Shown: in pieces, positions 50,201 through 64,000 of the stretch
How positions within the stretch are numbered: position 1 is the first letter of the stretch
How the letters are laid out: each line of letters opens with the position of its first letter
From: Raillietiella orientalis
Lineage: Eukaryota
Direction: 5' to 3'
Length of the DNA stretch: 64,000 nucleotides
Assembly (NCBI GenBank): GCA_036172245.1
Contig: JAYWIR010000012.1
Location: forward strand, 2,790,001 to 2,854,000
Notes under the pieces: model-generated
What the model was told of the DNA's origin: nothing
What the model saw: the letters and a program-made list of their open reading frames with translations, nothing else
Database searches by the model: none
Made by a program: the position numbers and the translations under genes

Positions 50201-53200
50201 AAACGAAAAGGAAAAAAAAAGTGATGTTTCGTAAAACGAGACTGCCGCAAGAAGTTACGCAATGGAATTATTAAAGAGCACAAATGCCGAAATTATACAA
50301 CCGTCTCTCCTTTAACAGTTCCTCCCTCCCACCTCAAAAATCAGAATAGACTGTTTTTAAGATTTACAGTTACGTGAACAAATGAAATCAACAGCAACCT
50401 TTACTTAAGATACGCAGACTCCAAATCCGTCTCTTATATTTCACGTGGTGCTGTTTGCAGACTGATGGGACATTGTGGTACGGATGGGGGCGGAAGGGGG
50501 AAGAAAGCAAATCATCACGCTGCAATGTCGAGTAACACGAAGTGATCTGCATAACCGCTGATCGACACAATGTGTTATGTGATTATGCACGTTTTCTGAA
50601 GGAACGAATACAGTATGTACTCGGCAACTAACACCATGCCTGCGTAATTAACACAACTGATGCTGTTGCCTTAGCACCCGTACACGGCAGTAGTCCGGAG
50701 ACAAAAAAAAAGGCACTTTTGCACGATCCAGGCTTTGTTTTGGTAGCCCTTTGCAAAAAGTCCTATCTTTTCAGCTCAATCATAAACATTACAATTGCAA
50801 AGTAAGCCTATTTTTAAGCCTAACATCTTTTGTCTATTTCGTAATTGTGATGGTGATAATTTGATTTCGGTATTAAGTTTAGCTTTTGCTATTGTAATTG
50901 TATTCCATTCTTGCATGCCAAGGTTATACATGCAGAGTGAAGAAAAGAAAAAAAACGATTTGAAAAAGCAAAGGTCTTACCTTAATGTCAATCAAAGGAG
51001 CTTTTGCAATCATACTTTTCATGTGGTGTAGCTGCTGCATAAGCGAATCACATGACAACCGCACCTCATACTGTTTAGATTTCAAGTTACTGCTAGTTAT
51101 AACTAGGAAAAGAAAAAAACCTCGTTAGAGGAACATCTCAAATATATGTAAGCAATCAATAAAATGAAGCACAAACACTGATTAAACAGATGAAAAAATC
51201 AGCAATGCACCGAATCTGCCTAGCTGTCATTCAGTCATCTTAGATAACATCCAACACTACGTTGTTCATCTTGCTAACAAGAGAAATACCGAAATTTCTG
51301 AGAAGGAATATAAAACATGTGACACTCGGATGCACCGTATCAGCTATCTTTCAATGAAGCACCCAAATCTTTCTGCATGAGTTAGATGCTCTCATCGATG
51401 AGATCCCCTCCAATCCTTTCACTTTCTTCGATCAGCACGTTCAATCTCTTCCACTCCCTCCCATCACGGATTACAGGAGGAAGAGTGAAACTTCATGAGG
51501 ACACAGACAACCAAGAACAAACTGGACAACGAAAACTAGTGTGTATTGTAAATAAATTTCAGATACAGAAATGTGGACCGAACAAAGTGCTTACGAAGAT
51601 GAGTGGAAGAGACACCATCTCTTATCCCAGTGGAGTTGATTAAAAAAAGAAGCTATTAGGAAACCCAAATCTGCCTCCTATCAGTTAAGCTACTAATCAC
51701 TGAATGTGTACTTGTAATTCACATGCGCGTCGCAAGCCCCCTTTCACAAATAAGACTTCAAAGATTCAAGTAGTCACCGCTACGGGTGTGGTTGTATTTA
51801 AACACCATAAACCCAGCACACAGCAAAATCAAGAGTGCATTCGAATAACAAGCTCTTGCTTTCTCTGTAATCAGATGAATGTTAGGACGCCTGGAAAACG
51901 CCGCAGGGTACAAGAAGTAGACTGGCAGCCGCGTATAACTTCGCTTCTTGAGGGAAGAACACGCGTTAACACTGCACGTAACGGGTTTCTACACACAGAG
52001 AATTATGCCATTACACAAGTCCTGGAATCATTCCATACTGTGCAGGCTCCATATACATACTTAGTGCTCACTCACTGCTATGAGACGCAGTGCATAATAA
52101 CGAGTGAACACACAAGGAACCCAGAAATTCATGAACCCGTAGCATGTCACCACAAGTACTCGAAAAACGTCCTCTTTCCGAAAGTGAAAGTTTATGAATC
52201 TACATCTGTGGCTGTTTAAAACTCATGTGGTGACTATGGCTGTTTGCTGCATGAACCACATCCAACGTCAGATCATGACACAAAACACTATTAATTACCA
52301 AAAGTAATGAAAATATGCCCGCTTAAATACAAAAAAATTCTACTCTTCGAATTTTCGAATCTTGCTTAGGTGGGTGTTTCTTCGCTTCGAGGTCACACAC
52401 ACACAAAAAAAAACAGAACCTTTCAAAATAACCTTTTTTTTGTCCTGAAATACTAAAAGAACAATGAAATAGCTTATGAGAAGGGAGGAATGAAATTTCT
52501 AACGTAGCAAAAAGACCTACGCTAAACTTTCATATTCAGCAAGGTGATTTTTGAGTAGGCAATTAGCGGACTGTGTGCACTGTACATTTGCTAAAGTGAA
52601 GGAAGAACGCCAATCTGAATTATACGAAAATTACCCCGAAAACACATAGAATGCACAAACATAAGTTTTGCCTACATTTTTACAGCAGGCTCCGCAAAAC
52701 TCCTAATGAATGGATTTTTTGGCTTTCACAACCAAAATATGAAACATCTGAGAATTTCAAAATCTACATCATGTTAATTCCGGATCTTAAGAAAACATAC
52801 CTGAAGAAATTGCTCTTCGTGAATTCGGTAAATTCCCGCTGACAAGAAAGAGAATGATAACAAATTTCAGAAATACTATTTCAATACTATACATTTTAGA
52901 TTACAAGGCTTCAAAATGAAACTGAATTTTGGGGTAAACTGGTTTTTAAGCAACAGATCTGAAGGTAAAAGTTCTGAGACGTGGCTTTGATGTTTGTATT
53001 GAAACGCCAGGATCATTCCTTCTTTGCTGGATCGAAGTGCAATGTTCGAAAAAAAGACTTAAGATGAGCATCTTATCCCATCAGCCATTAAGCAAGATAT
53101 GCTCACAGATCATTTTTATGATCAATCATGAAATTTACTGCAGGAAAACGGGCAGATACAGAAATCAAAAACCTGTTCCAGAATATTTCCATAAAAATAT

Positions 53201-55428
53201 TTCAAATTACTTTACCATATAATTTAAAATGTCTTCATGGAAATACTCGAACATCGCTCAAGGCCAAATTTTACAGAGTACACCAATTTTGGTGGGGCGC
53301 TTAACCTATAGGCTACTTAGTCACAAATGCTGTCCAGCAACTGTTCAGTTGTTCAATTCTGTAATCATACTCCCATGGAAATATAGGCTCTTTCCATGAT
53401 TCATATATGTTCTACAACTCTCTTGGAATACTGCATTGATGTGTTGAGGTGCAATCCTTGCATCACCCACAATGCAGCATCTGCAACAAGACTTAGGAAC
53501 AAGGATACTGCCAGTGATCAGAGGCTTATGCAAGAGCAACATGTGTCACTAATCTGTACTGTAACCGTTTTCAATAACTGACATCTGCTTCAGTTCAAAG
53601 TCCATTAAAGAACAGGATGCATTTGTTCAAACAAAAGAGATTCCTCTTGTGCATTACAGGCTACCGCACTGCAACAAAAACACATGTCCAGAAGTCCTGC
53701 ACATAAAGCTCTTCAGTTCAATCAGCAGGAGACATTTATAACACCTTCCCAGCTTTTCATTACAGTCATTGCAGTGGCAGACCACACACCCTGCAACCAT
53801 TTAAAACCAAAGTACTGATATGTTCTCTGCTTTCACAGTACTCTCAGCCCATTCGACAAATGAAGCAGAACTCTAAAGGAGTAATTCGAAATGTAAACAG
53901 CACTGCTGGATAGTCATGAAAAGTGGAAGCTTGCAAGAACAGCTTAGGAATTAAATGAATGTTCCTTCTAGTTGCAAGTGTAAGATACATTTGACAATTA
54001 AAAAATGGCTTAAAATCAATACTCACTGACTGAACAGACAAGAATACCGAGAAATTAGCGACATAACCACATATCATGCATAGAAAATCTTTCCGCGAGT
54101 ACCAGATCCACTGCCTCAGATTTCCAGTGAGACACATTTGTGTAAATGCAATATGATAAACCACTACCATTCAACATTCAAAATTTAGAATCCACACTGA
54201 GATGCTCGACTGTCATGGCATACAGAGCAAATACGAACTCTTTAATTAATAAATACAATCCCAAAAAATGCATTTATCATGATCACTTTCAACAAATGAT
54301 TAAACATCAGGTACTTTCAGTAATACCAAAAATAGGAATGATATGGCATAGCAAATAGGGTGTTGAACTAAAATTCTTGCTCGTACAAGTAAGGGTTACT
54401 TTTCAAAGTATACTGTTGGTTACATGTACAAATGGAAACTTTGCCAATCGTATAAAAAAAATTCAAAACTTTGTTTGGGTAAATACAACACGTACAGTGC
54501 TATAATCTTAGAAAATCAATCAACAAAATAATCACTGTTTCAGATTATCACTGATGACATTAACATCATCAACAATTACCTGAAAACACAAAATTATTAA
54601 CTAATGACTACAGAAATAGTAAAACTTGAAATTGAATAGCATCAATTAACTACTCTTTGAAAACAACCTAAGCAGTGATTCGTATTTAACAGAAAACTCT
54701 TCAGCAATCTATGTGTACAAAAGTAAAAATCAGGCATTTCAAATTCAGATTTTATTTTCCCATGCTGATGCTTTTCTATACATCTTGGATGCAGAGAAAG
54801 CATCTTCTGTTTTTCTATTCTTTGAATGAACAATTCATTTACTGATCTACTGAAACATTACAAAGATAGAAAGATTCACACAAACCTATAAAATATGTGG
54901 TATGTATAAATAATGAATGATAACTCTAGATGGCAAAAGTAAACACAGAAACAGTAATACCACAATTGTTTTAGGCTCACATTCAGAGAACTACTACAAA
55001 ATCAAGCTTTTAATATCAGTTTAAAAAAACACCAAAATCATTACTTCCTTAGCACCTTGCTTTACAATAAAAATAAAAACATTCTTCCCCCAGCTGCACA
55101 AGTCATGAAACATTCTTTCAAGTACATAAAAACAAACATGAGAACTATTTACATCTTAAATTCCAATAACAAACCAAAATAGGATGATAGATCAATTAAA
55201 CCATGACAGTATACATTCTTGTTGCTGCTATAATGGATTCTACAAACTGACCATTCCAAAATCAACAGTATGAAAGTCATTCATTTGAAAGAATACAACA
55301 TATGCAACATAAGATGTCAAGTAGATGCAATTAAAAATGCTACATAGACTAGTGCATACTTTTACATCCCCCAATATTTTACAGTTACACACACACTTTA
55401 AAGAACAACTGTGCCTAAATTCTGAAAT

Positions 55429-56311
55429 TCATATATATTCTAATGAATTACACTTAGTTTGTGCTTCTACACGGTCAATTCCCAAAATTTGGTAAAACAA
55501 AAAAACAAAAGCAAACAAAAATGAATTTTTATCAGATAAAAGATTACCATTTTCCTGTTTTTGAAGACTAGAATTAGCAGCTTTGGCAGAACCTAATGCA
55601 ATCAACCATTTTTGTCTTTCTTGCATTGAAGTTGCTTTCAAATAAAAACGCTCTCCTCCAGGAATAATTAAATCCAAACGTGTATGATCATAAGGATGCA
55701 CTGGACAGAACAATTTGGAATGTTTCAAAATTTTTAATGACAGAAATTCATAATTAATTTGAATATTGTGAGTTTTCCCTGATTCAATTCGTCCAACATA
55801 CAATTATAAACATTAAGCTGAACTGAAATAAGTTGGACTTACAAATACACACATGATCATTAAAATCATGGTATTTATGAATAATGATCATTTATGGGCA
55901 TTCCAATCACTGACACATCTCCAAATAAATGAGGACACATAATTAAACATTGTAACAATGTTGTTTACACAATTAGAAGCTTACCAATACAAAGGTCTAA
56001 TGTTCACTAGTGCAATGGAAACATTTTACTTGAACAAATTTTAAAAATATCATATTATATCGCACAACTTTGTGTTTACAAAACCATTAACACAGTCTTG
56101 CAATTACCGTTTATTTCACAAACAGTTAAGTTGATTGATCCTTTGCATCCTGTTTTCGTTTCCTCTTTAGACTTATAATATGCCAATACTACATCTCTTA
56201 AAACAAACCATCTTGCTTGCCAGCCTGGGGGTTATATTATGCATTTTAACAAAATGGAAAAGTTCACATACCATTCCAATAATTTGTCCACTTAAATAAG
56301 GTACCTTCCAT
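55429..56311 (-). CDS. FAPP-type (PLEKHA3/PLEKHA8-like) PH-domain protein; 3' end uncertain
   Basis: Exons 56311-56272, 56224-56108 and 55700-55548 give [93 protein letters not shown], the FAPP PH signature. Confidence 0.88.
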
Positions 56312-57830
56312 ACACTGTGAGACCGGCATATATAATCCTCAAAACCTGTTGAAATCACTAATTTCAGCATTCGCCCTACAAAAGTGTTTGTATACTATAA
56401 AGCAAATTTCTGGGTGTTATGATGCATAAAGATTCCATCATTTTCCATATACATCGCTACTATCACTTTCGTTGTGCCTTTATGTTACATAATTCTCATA
56501 ACATCATTATCATAATATCCTAACACGGAAATGTGGGACGGAACTTGAAAACCATAATCTGACTTCTGATTCCGTAGAAAAGCTGAACCTCAATAGAGCA
56601 ATCCTCATAAATTAGTTTAAGCAGGAATTACATTTTGCAGCTCATTGTATTTGGCTATGGAGCAACAGTACCTAGTCTACAGCTATCTATCTAAACTCTT
56701 AAACTTATATGATTAAAACGAATGTTCACCAGTTCATATGACGCCTATTCGGAATACTTGTTATTCTCAATCACTTCAACCACAAAAGCATGAGTGAAAG
56801 CATTTTATTAGAAAGTCAGGCATTTCCATATTTGAGAGTGCTACAGAGAAGTTACAAAATATTCATGTTTTTACATTTTTGGTATGCGAGGCCTTTAGGA
56901 TTTAAAAATAAAGAACACATAGTTTCAATTGCAAACACTTGTTAACTGATGGTTTGGAAGGAGACCTTTTTGCGAAGAGCTAAAGGTAAGACGACGACCC
57001 CATTTTGACGTGGATAACATTAGTGGGTACTACATTAGAATACATCTAATAACGAAGTACGTAAAAAGACAAAAAAAAAAACTGACCCCTACCTCGAAGC
57101 ACAACGCTGTTAACATGATTGCCTTCTGGGTATAAAACCCGCAATTAACCGTAGCAATGAGGAGCACTTGTATTCAATTCCCAAGCTGATCACTCCCTAA
57201 GCTCGTCTTTTCGATTATCAAAAACCATTTTCCTATGTTTCACATAGGGAAACGGGAAATAAATTCTCACTACCAGCCAAGTACACAAAACAAATCTTTA
57301 TTTTTGCACACAAGACACGAGCTAGAAGGACTTTGTTTCTTTTGTTTTTTTTTTCTAGGGAAAAGTCGATCATAGATCGGTAACCAAGATAAAACTCGAG
57401 AATCAATGAAATGTGAATGTGCATTTTATGAAGAATTTTGCTGTAAAACAGCGACGAGAAATGCAGGGCGAATAAGAGATTCGAAATCAGCAACTTGAAG
57501 ATCTCAAATACGCAATAACACGTAAGAGAAATGTTATCAAACCATGGAATTGGATATTTATTAGTTCATCGCTTATCCCTTTATGTAAGTAAAATTGATC
57601 CTATGGTTCCAAAAACCAAATTTTACTTAGCATGTTGATGGGTTTGTAGAATTTTGACAATTTCGAGACATCTGAATTCTAGAATCAGACTTAAGTTTGC
57701 TCGTATTTATATAAGGTTTCTCATAAGATAATATCGTTTTTCGTTATCATGTTACCTTAATATACTTTTGCGTTATTTCTTTGCATTTTCTGTTTTTCTG
57801 ACTTCAGTTGAACGCTTAGGTTTTTTCTTT

Positions 57831-57864
57831 TGTGTGTGTATGTGTGTGTGTGTGGGGGGGGGGG
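57831..57864. repeat. (TG)n microsatellite followed by poly-G
   Basis: tgtgtgtgtatgtgtgtgtgtgtgggggggggg seen directly. Confidence 0.8.
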
Positions 57865-59444
57865 AGAGTGTGGGATGTGACTCCAATTCCAGAATTACAG
57901 AAGATTTACATTATCTAAATATGGTGTGTTTCTTACAAAGCATGACTGCTAATTATAATGTCTCCATTGTGGATATTATGTCAAAAGAAATATATGCAAC
58001 ATTTTGGTACACACGTTTCTAGAAGAGAAAACTAAAGATCATGAATACTTCGATCGAGAAAGGTATTCCTAAGATCAGTTGGGCAGAGCAGAAGCAGTTG
58101 AATCTTCGGAAAGACAAACGATGAATCTAAATTCAGTTTTCCAGAAATAAACGCAAGTGACTTATAGAAAAACAGCACGTGCTTTTCTCGATGTACTTTT
58201 AATTCAGAACGAAAGAAAGTCAATTCTCCTTCAATCAAAAAGACATCAATGCAGAGATATTACTTCTTGAAACAGGCAATATATGTGCAAATTGAATTTG
58301 ACACCACTGGTTGGAACGCTATTTTTGCAAAACACTTCTTCGTGCTAAATGTCATGCTCAAAAGCTTATTCAAAAAAACTCGTTTAAGTAATGTCGAAAG
58401 TTAGCTCTGGTTACGAAGGGAATGTGCTGCAGCATTCTTAACAAAGTAGCAAAAATTGGGTAACCAGAGCGGAATCAGATGATTGAGATTAAAAGCAGGA
58501 TGTGCGGTGTAAAACGGCAGATCCACAACTCCCAGCAGCCGTGCGGAAGAAGAGCAACCGGAAGAGGTGCCGACTTTCAAGCAGAATTGCGCGGTACCAA
58601 TTTGAAGGTTTGAAAAGCAAATAACCTTTTCCGTACCTAAACCGTATCGGAGACTAAAACCAAATTTTAGCATGTTGCTTGAAAGTATTGGCAGAAGAAC
58701 GTCTTGCATTCTCATAATGAAATGAAACATAACATGATAAACGTTGATGTAGCCCGAGGTTCCTTGCCATGATGCATGAGGCAAGCAGGCTCTTCAAGGA
58801 AATGCATACTCTTGTGGCAAGACAAGTATGAAATTTACGTTTGCAATGAACTGTCGAGATTTTAAATTCCAAGTTTTCAAATGTGTATTCGTACCAATAA
58901 TCAATCAAGTAGGAATCAGCCTTTCTACGAATATTCCAATGGTTTCGTATGCGTCTGTACGAATAGATAGTTTTTTATCCTCGAAGAATTGCGTACTATT
59001 TTACAGACAGGGAAAACGTGTACCGTCACTTTCATTTTCCTCGAAACGAAAGCATTCATTTTTTTTTTTTTTTTATTGCTTGCTTTCCTGCAGAAAGTTA
59101 AGACAAACCGATTTGGAACACGTGAAATCATCGCACAGATGCTTCCACGTCTCTCAGTGGCCTAAAAAAGCGTTTCCTCACCATACCTGTGTTATGGTAT
59201 TTTAAAAGAAACGCTAATATTTAACTCCATCATCGCTATCTGCAACTAAACACAAATTATCTAAAATAGGTTAGAGAAGAGCAAATTACTTTTTCATAAT
59301 TAGCTTGTCTAATTCTCCCTTGTTTACACATCTACTTGGATGCTCAAATACATCAGAAAACAGTCATTGAAATTTTTGGATTGAATAATCGCGATTTGTT
59401 TACCAAAATTTCTCATTAACAAAAACACAACTTCGATAAAAATT

Positions 59445-60736
59445 TTATTTTCTTTGTTTCTTTTTTTCAGCTTCTTCTTCTTTGTCTTTTTCAATTTCAG
59501 TAACATATTTCTCAATTTCTCCAGCACTCAGCATCTATGAAAGAAAACTGATCTTTGTTACTCTTTAAGGATTTCTTTACCCTGAAAGGTTTGTTGTAAT
59601 ACATGACAGCTACTTCCAGATTTTTGCTGCCTGACTGTACTACTTCTAACAAACCACGAATAGCAAGTTTAATAACTTTTTCATCATCCTGCATATCTTC
59701 CTCTACAAGGGATCGTTCAAGAAATTCTCTCACATTTTTTGCATTGCGTCCAGTAGCATTTGCCTGGTACAATATTCAGAAACCTACTACTTCAAACTGA
59801 AGTTTACCTTCCACTCATGATATGTTCCTGAAGGATCTGTTTGAAACAGATGAGGTGTTCCGTCATTATCAAAACCAGCAATCAGACAGGATAAACCAAA
59901 TGGCCTTCTACCATTACTTTGTGTGTACCTTTGTTTTAGACCAGCTATATAACTAGTAATGTATTCTATAGTAACAGGATCTTCCATGGTTAGCCGATAG
60001 GACTGGCATTCTATTCGTGTTCTATTTACAAGAATCCGAGCATCTGCTGTAAGACCTAATGATATACAATGACATGTACGTTGATCAGATCAGAGATATG
60101 TAACAATATACAATAATTTCACTTCTATTTTTAAATTGTTGTAAGACTATAAGAAAATGATTCAAAACATTTTATCATGAAAATGTTGAATGCAGTTGCA
60201 ACTAATATTGGAAAAAAAATGGACACATATTTAATACAGTGTTAATCTTTGAATGCCTAAATTACAATAGAAAGAATGAAATAACAACTAAATAGAAATT
60301 TTTTTTTTCCCAAACCACTTGTTAATTCAGATACAGTATATATTTCAGGCAACATTACCAGCAAAAGCCATAACAACATGGTTATCCAGCAAACATATTT
60401 TTCTTACAGTTCGGTCTTCTTGAAGTTTTGCAACAGCTTTTTTCTCCACAGCCAACACTACCAAATTTTTGCCCCTCACTCCCACCTATTAACAAATTCG
60501 CGATCAGATTGCTTGAAAATAAGAGGTGAATAAATTCTCAAATCACAAAACTCAGTCTTGTATGCTGAATGCTTGCACTCTCAAATATACAGTTCATAAG
60601 TTACTATTATTTTTGAATAATTGGAACTTACACCAGTAGAACCTCTTTTCACTGCTTCTTGAGCATACTCAACTTGAAACAAATGTCCATCAGGAGAGAA
60701 AACTGTAATAGCCCTATCGTATCTTGCTGTGCTCAT
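59445..60736 (-). CDS. PSMA7: 20S proteasome subunit alpha type-7 (alpha4), 5 exons
   Basis: Exons 60736-60632, 60485-60359, 60055-59808, 59763-59581 and 59534-59445. [34 protein letters not shown]...GLTADARIL...[13 protein letters not shown]...[18 protein letters not shown]...LLEVVQSG...[11 protein letters not shown]. Confidence 0.96.
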
Positions 60737-63041
60737 TATTCAAAATCTCAAACGAAATTCATAAACACTGAAAATAGAAATTATGCTGCACAGAAATACT
60801 GATAAGCAGATCTATCTAATAATAGACCTTTACTCTTCAAACCGTAACTATTGTGTGGCATAAGGTAACCCATTCAATGCGTAACAACAATACAATTTCA
60901 ACAGAACCAAGTTTTCGTTTTTTACATGCTAATCATTAAACTCTGAATATTGCAAAAAAATTAGGATTCAAGACTTTCGAAACATGGCCGACATAAACTC
61001 TACTGCCAACTTACGAGGCAACAAAAGCTGTATCACATCTGCTATAAGGTTCAATAACGGAAAATTATACCATAATTGTACAAACCGCAGCTTCATCTAC
61101 AGAGCGGCTACCACAGAAAATTCATTCCTACTTTTCCTCTACGTTCAGGAACACCAACTTTATAATGTATAATTTTTGTTCAAAATGATGTTTTCATAAT
61201 AACATTGAAAAAATTGGCATACTTTTCAAGCTGAATTATCTCGGCAAGTTTAAATGTCTTAAATAAAATTAGGGGACAGAGAACATCTTTCATGGAATAG
61301 TAGTATAAAATGTTATGATCATTAAATGATCATTTAAGGCAACTCCAGGAACACTTTCAACGATTTTGGACAACTACTTTTGAGTATTTATTAAAATGTA
61401 CAAAACTTTTTCTAAACTTTTATCTTATTGATAAAGTATAGTAATAGATCGATTAGTTTTAGAATTATGCATCTATTGTAAATATATTTATGAGAGAGAT
61501 CTGAATTAATCAAAACAGAATTTCATGTTATACATCCACCAAAATCTGAATAAGGTGGTCTTTAAGATGATCAGTGGGGTAACTTGTAGATAAACAGAAA
61601 TTTCCCAGAGCAGTATAAGAGCACAATTAGTAAAAAAAAAAACCAAAACAGAACAATTATTTAAAATTTTATTTATTTACTTGAATATTCTGGAATTTGT
61701 TATTCAACACTTGTCAGTGCTGCTTTTTGAAGAAACTAAACCAATTAATGAAATTTAAATTACAGTCCTTTTACAAAATACAGAGAAATTCCATCCTGTT
61801 ATATTTATTTCTATGAGAAAGTATCATTACAATAGTAAAACAAATACTTTGTATGTTGACATTACAAGTTGATGCATAGCAACTTTTTGAATTGTCCGTT
61901 ATAAGTTTGAGTTCAACACTTTATTGCTGTTTTGATTGCAGCCGAATTGCTACATGTTTTGTAATTTTATTTTAATAATTTTTTGGGTGGAATGGGTGGG
62001 AAGGGATGACCTCTTAGACGTAGGTTTTCTTAAAGCTGATGTTCCTATTTGTGAAATATATCATAGATTTCTTCTTGATACCTACAAACTGAATTTGACT
62101 CATATCTGTTTAATTTATTTGACAATAAGATGTTGAATTCAAAGAGATGAGAAAAAACTTTAAATCTCTTAAATATGATTATATTTGACACCAAAGTTGG
62201 AATATTTGTCGGTAGGAATCATTACATCTGTGTATGACGTGAGAATGCCTTTCATGAACCTATTTTTCCATTGACTACTACATTGAAGGATCTCTACTTG
62301 GTTCAAGTTCTAAATTACTACTAGTATTCTAAAAAATTCCATTCTGAAATGTTCCATTGCATATTTCTCACCCTTATTGTTCACTCATAGGATTTCAGGG
62401 TGAATCATACGGTAATGTCAGAGTGTTAGTTGTATGAAAACTGGATTAATCCTTTAATGGGATTGAATTCAGGCTTCAGGAATTCTAAAAGTTCCAGGTT
62501 TCCTTAATTTCAACGTGATGACGGATTGAATGGAAGCAGTGGTACGTTTTGAAGTATTAGAAGCTTGTCTGCATTTTCAATATGTACTGAATGAAATTAG
62601 CATACTTAAATAAAAAGCTTGGGAAGGATATCAAGGGTTTTATTGATTGATTTTTATTTGAAATAATCTCTTGTCCATAATAAGTGATTGTATAGATTTA
62701 TTTTCTTTCTTCTTTGGTTTCAAAGTCATATTTTGATATGATGATTTTTCTAAAGTTCAAATATCAAACTATGCATACTTTGGTATGGAGCTTTAGTTTA
62801 CAGTCGTCATAAATTGTGCTTTCAAAATAAATACATATTGGAAACATACCAGAAAAGATTAATTTAAATGGAAACTGCATCATTTTTTTTCCTGAATCTT
62901 CGTAGATGAAAGTTGCTTCATAGTAAGGAATATCACATATGGAAATATTCTTCATGTTTTTAAGGGAATAATGATGGGATTCTAGATGAAGAGAAATTCT
63001 AGTGAGTTTATACCCGTTGTCATGAAAACTAAGAAATCGAG

Positions 63042-64000
63042 TCATGGATTTTGTTGCAAGTACATGGCTCTGTACTGTTGCCACAAGTAATGATCCATAG
63101 GAGTGAAGGGATTTGACAGGTTCCAACCATTAGCACTCTGAATCCCGTTGAAATGAGGGTTACACAAGTATCCATTGTAATGAGCATATGGATTGACTAA
63201 AGAAAAATTGTACGGCATGGCTGAAGATGGACTCATTGCGCTGCCAGAATTTTCCTTCTTTTTCCTATGTCTCACATTTTGGGAGCGGAGTAACTTGTGC
63301 TTATTCAATTCGGTCTCATTGGCTTTCTGAACAAGTTGTGACACCAATGGATAATAGGTGTATTTGTTTCCATATGTCGACGTCGATAAATCTGTCAGTG
63401 TGATCATGTTCGTTTCCAATTCATTGTTTGGCGGTGCCATATCTTCATTCTGAGTTTGAAATGTCTGAAATCAGATAAACGTCCCAAGTCCCCAGTTTAG
63501 TGAAATTTCGGTTGATACCGATGCCTTGCCGAATGATTCTTCGCCATGAGCTGCGTTTTTTTGGGGGATGTTTTCTTTCCTCATTCTACTGTTACCGATG
63601 ACACTTGTGTTACGATTCTTCTTCTTCTCCTTATCATCCTCGCTTCCGTTTATCTGGTAAGCGTTTTCAGCTTCAGTAGGTTCGAAGCTGCTGAATTCTT
63701 GGCTGAAACTGAGATCTTGACATGGCTGCGAAGATCTTTGTACTTTTGATCTCGGTGTGCAAGTACCTTAGGTTGCATCCCAGATCGGAGGATTCGTCCT
63801 GAGTGACGCATGAGAACGTAGGGGAAATCGTAGGGTCCAAAACTGCAGCCACGTCTGAATTTTGCATTCCCGACACGAAGTTGCAACAGAGGAGCGACGA
63901 CATTTTTTTCGAAGGCGCGTCGTATCCTGTAGTTGCTCTTTTAGGGTCATCATCATTGTACACTTGCAATTCTGAGCTCTCAGGGAATATGAGTGTGTGT
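63042..64000 (-). CDS. 3' exons of an unidentified gene running off the window end (low-complexity, disordered-looking product)
   Basis: An open frame 63464-63042 follows a tttcag acceptor (...MAPPNNELE...HYLWQQYRAMYLQQNP*). Further open, GC-richer segments lie at ~63520-63650 and ~63750-63970. No family was recognised. Confidence 0.4.

Overview
Eukaryotic (animal) genomic DNA. Short 41-62 nt GT-AG introns and an IPT-domain Sec5 suggest an invertebrate, possibly a nematode; this is inference. The window has two halves. (1) About 1-37.4 kb is a dense retroelement graveyard. It holds many copies of one L1/Tx1-type LINE family; the longest (29.6-33.0 kb) has APE endonuclease, RT and a C-terminal zinc-finger region, all frameshifted. 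It also holds a decayed near-full-length RLE-type (R2/NeSL/Utopia-like) element (7.5-11.4 kb), an AT-rich foldback/MITE, a 36-nt U2 snRNA retrocopy, a stranded SZT2-like exon, and weak gag-like and CRE-like remnants. The most striking item is a non-autonomous element family built as: tRNA-like Pol III head, second B-box-like motif, ~38-nt periodic array of CCC-UUCG-GG-type hairpins, then the 3' part of LINE ORF2 and the LINE's terminal AATAAA+hairpin with no poly(A). (2) About 37.4-64 kb is AT-richer and carries minus-strand host genes: EXOC2/Sec5, a FAPP-type PH-domain gene, proteasome alpha-7 (PSMA7) and the 3' part of an unidentified gene. All protein-family calls come from motifs recognised by eye, not from database searches. 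Coordinates of decayed elements are approximate.
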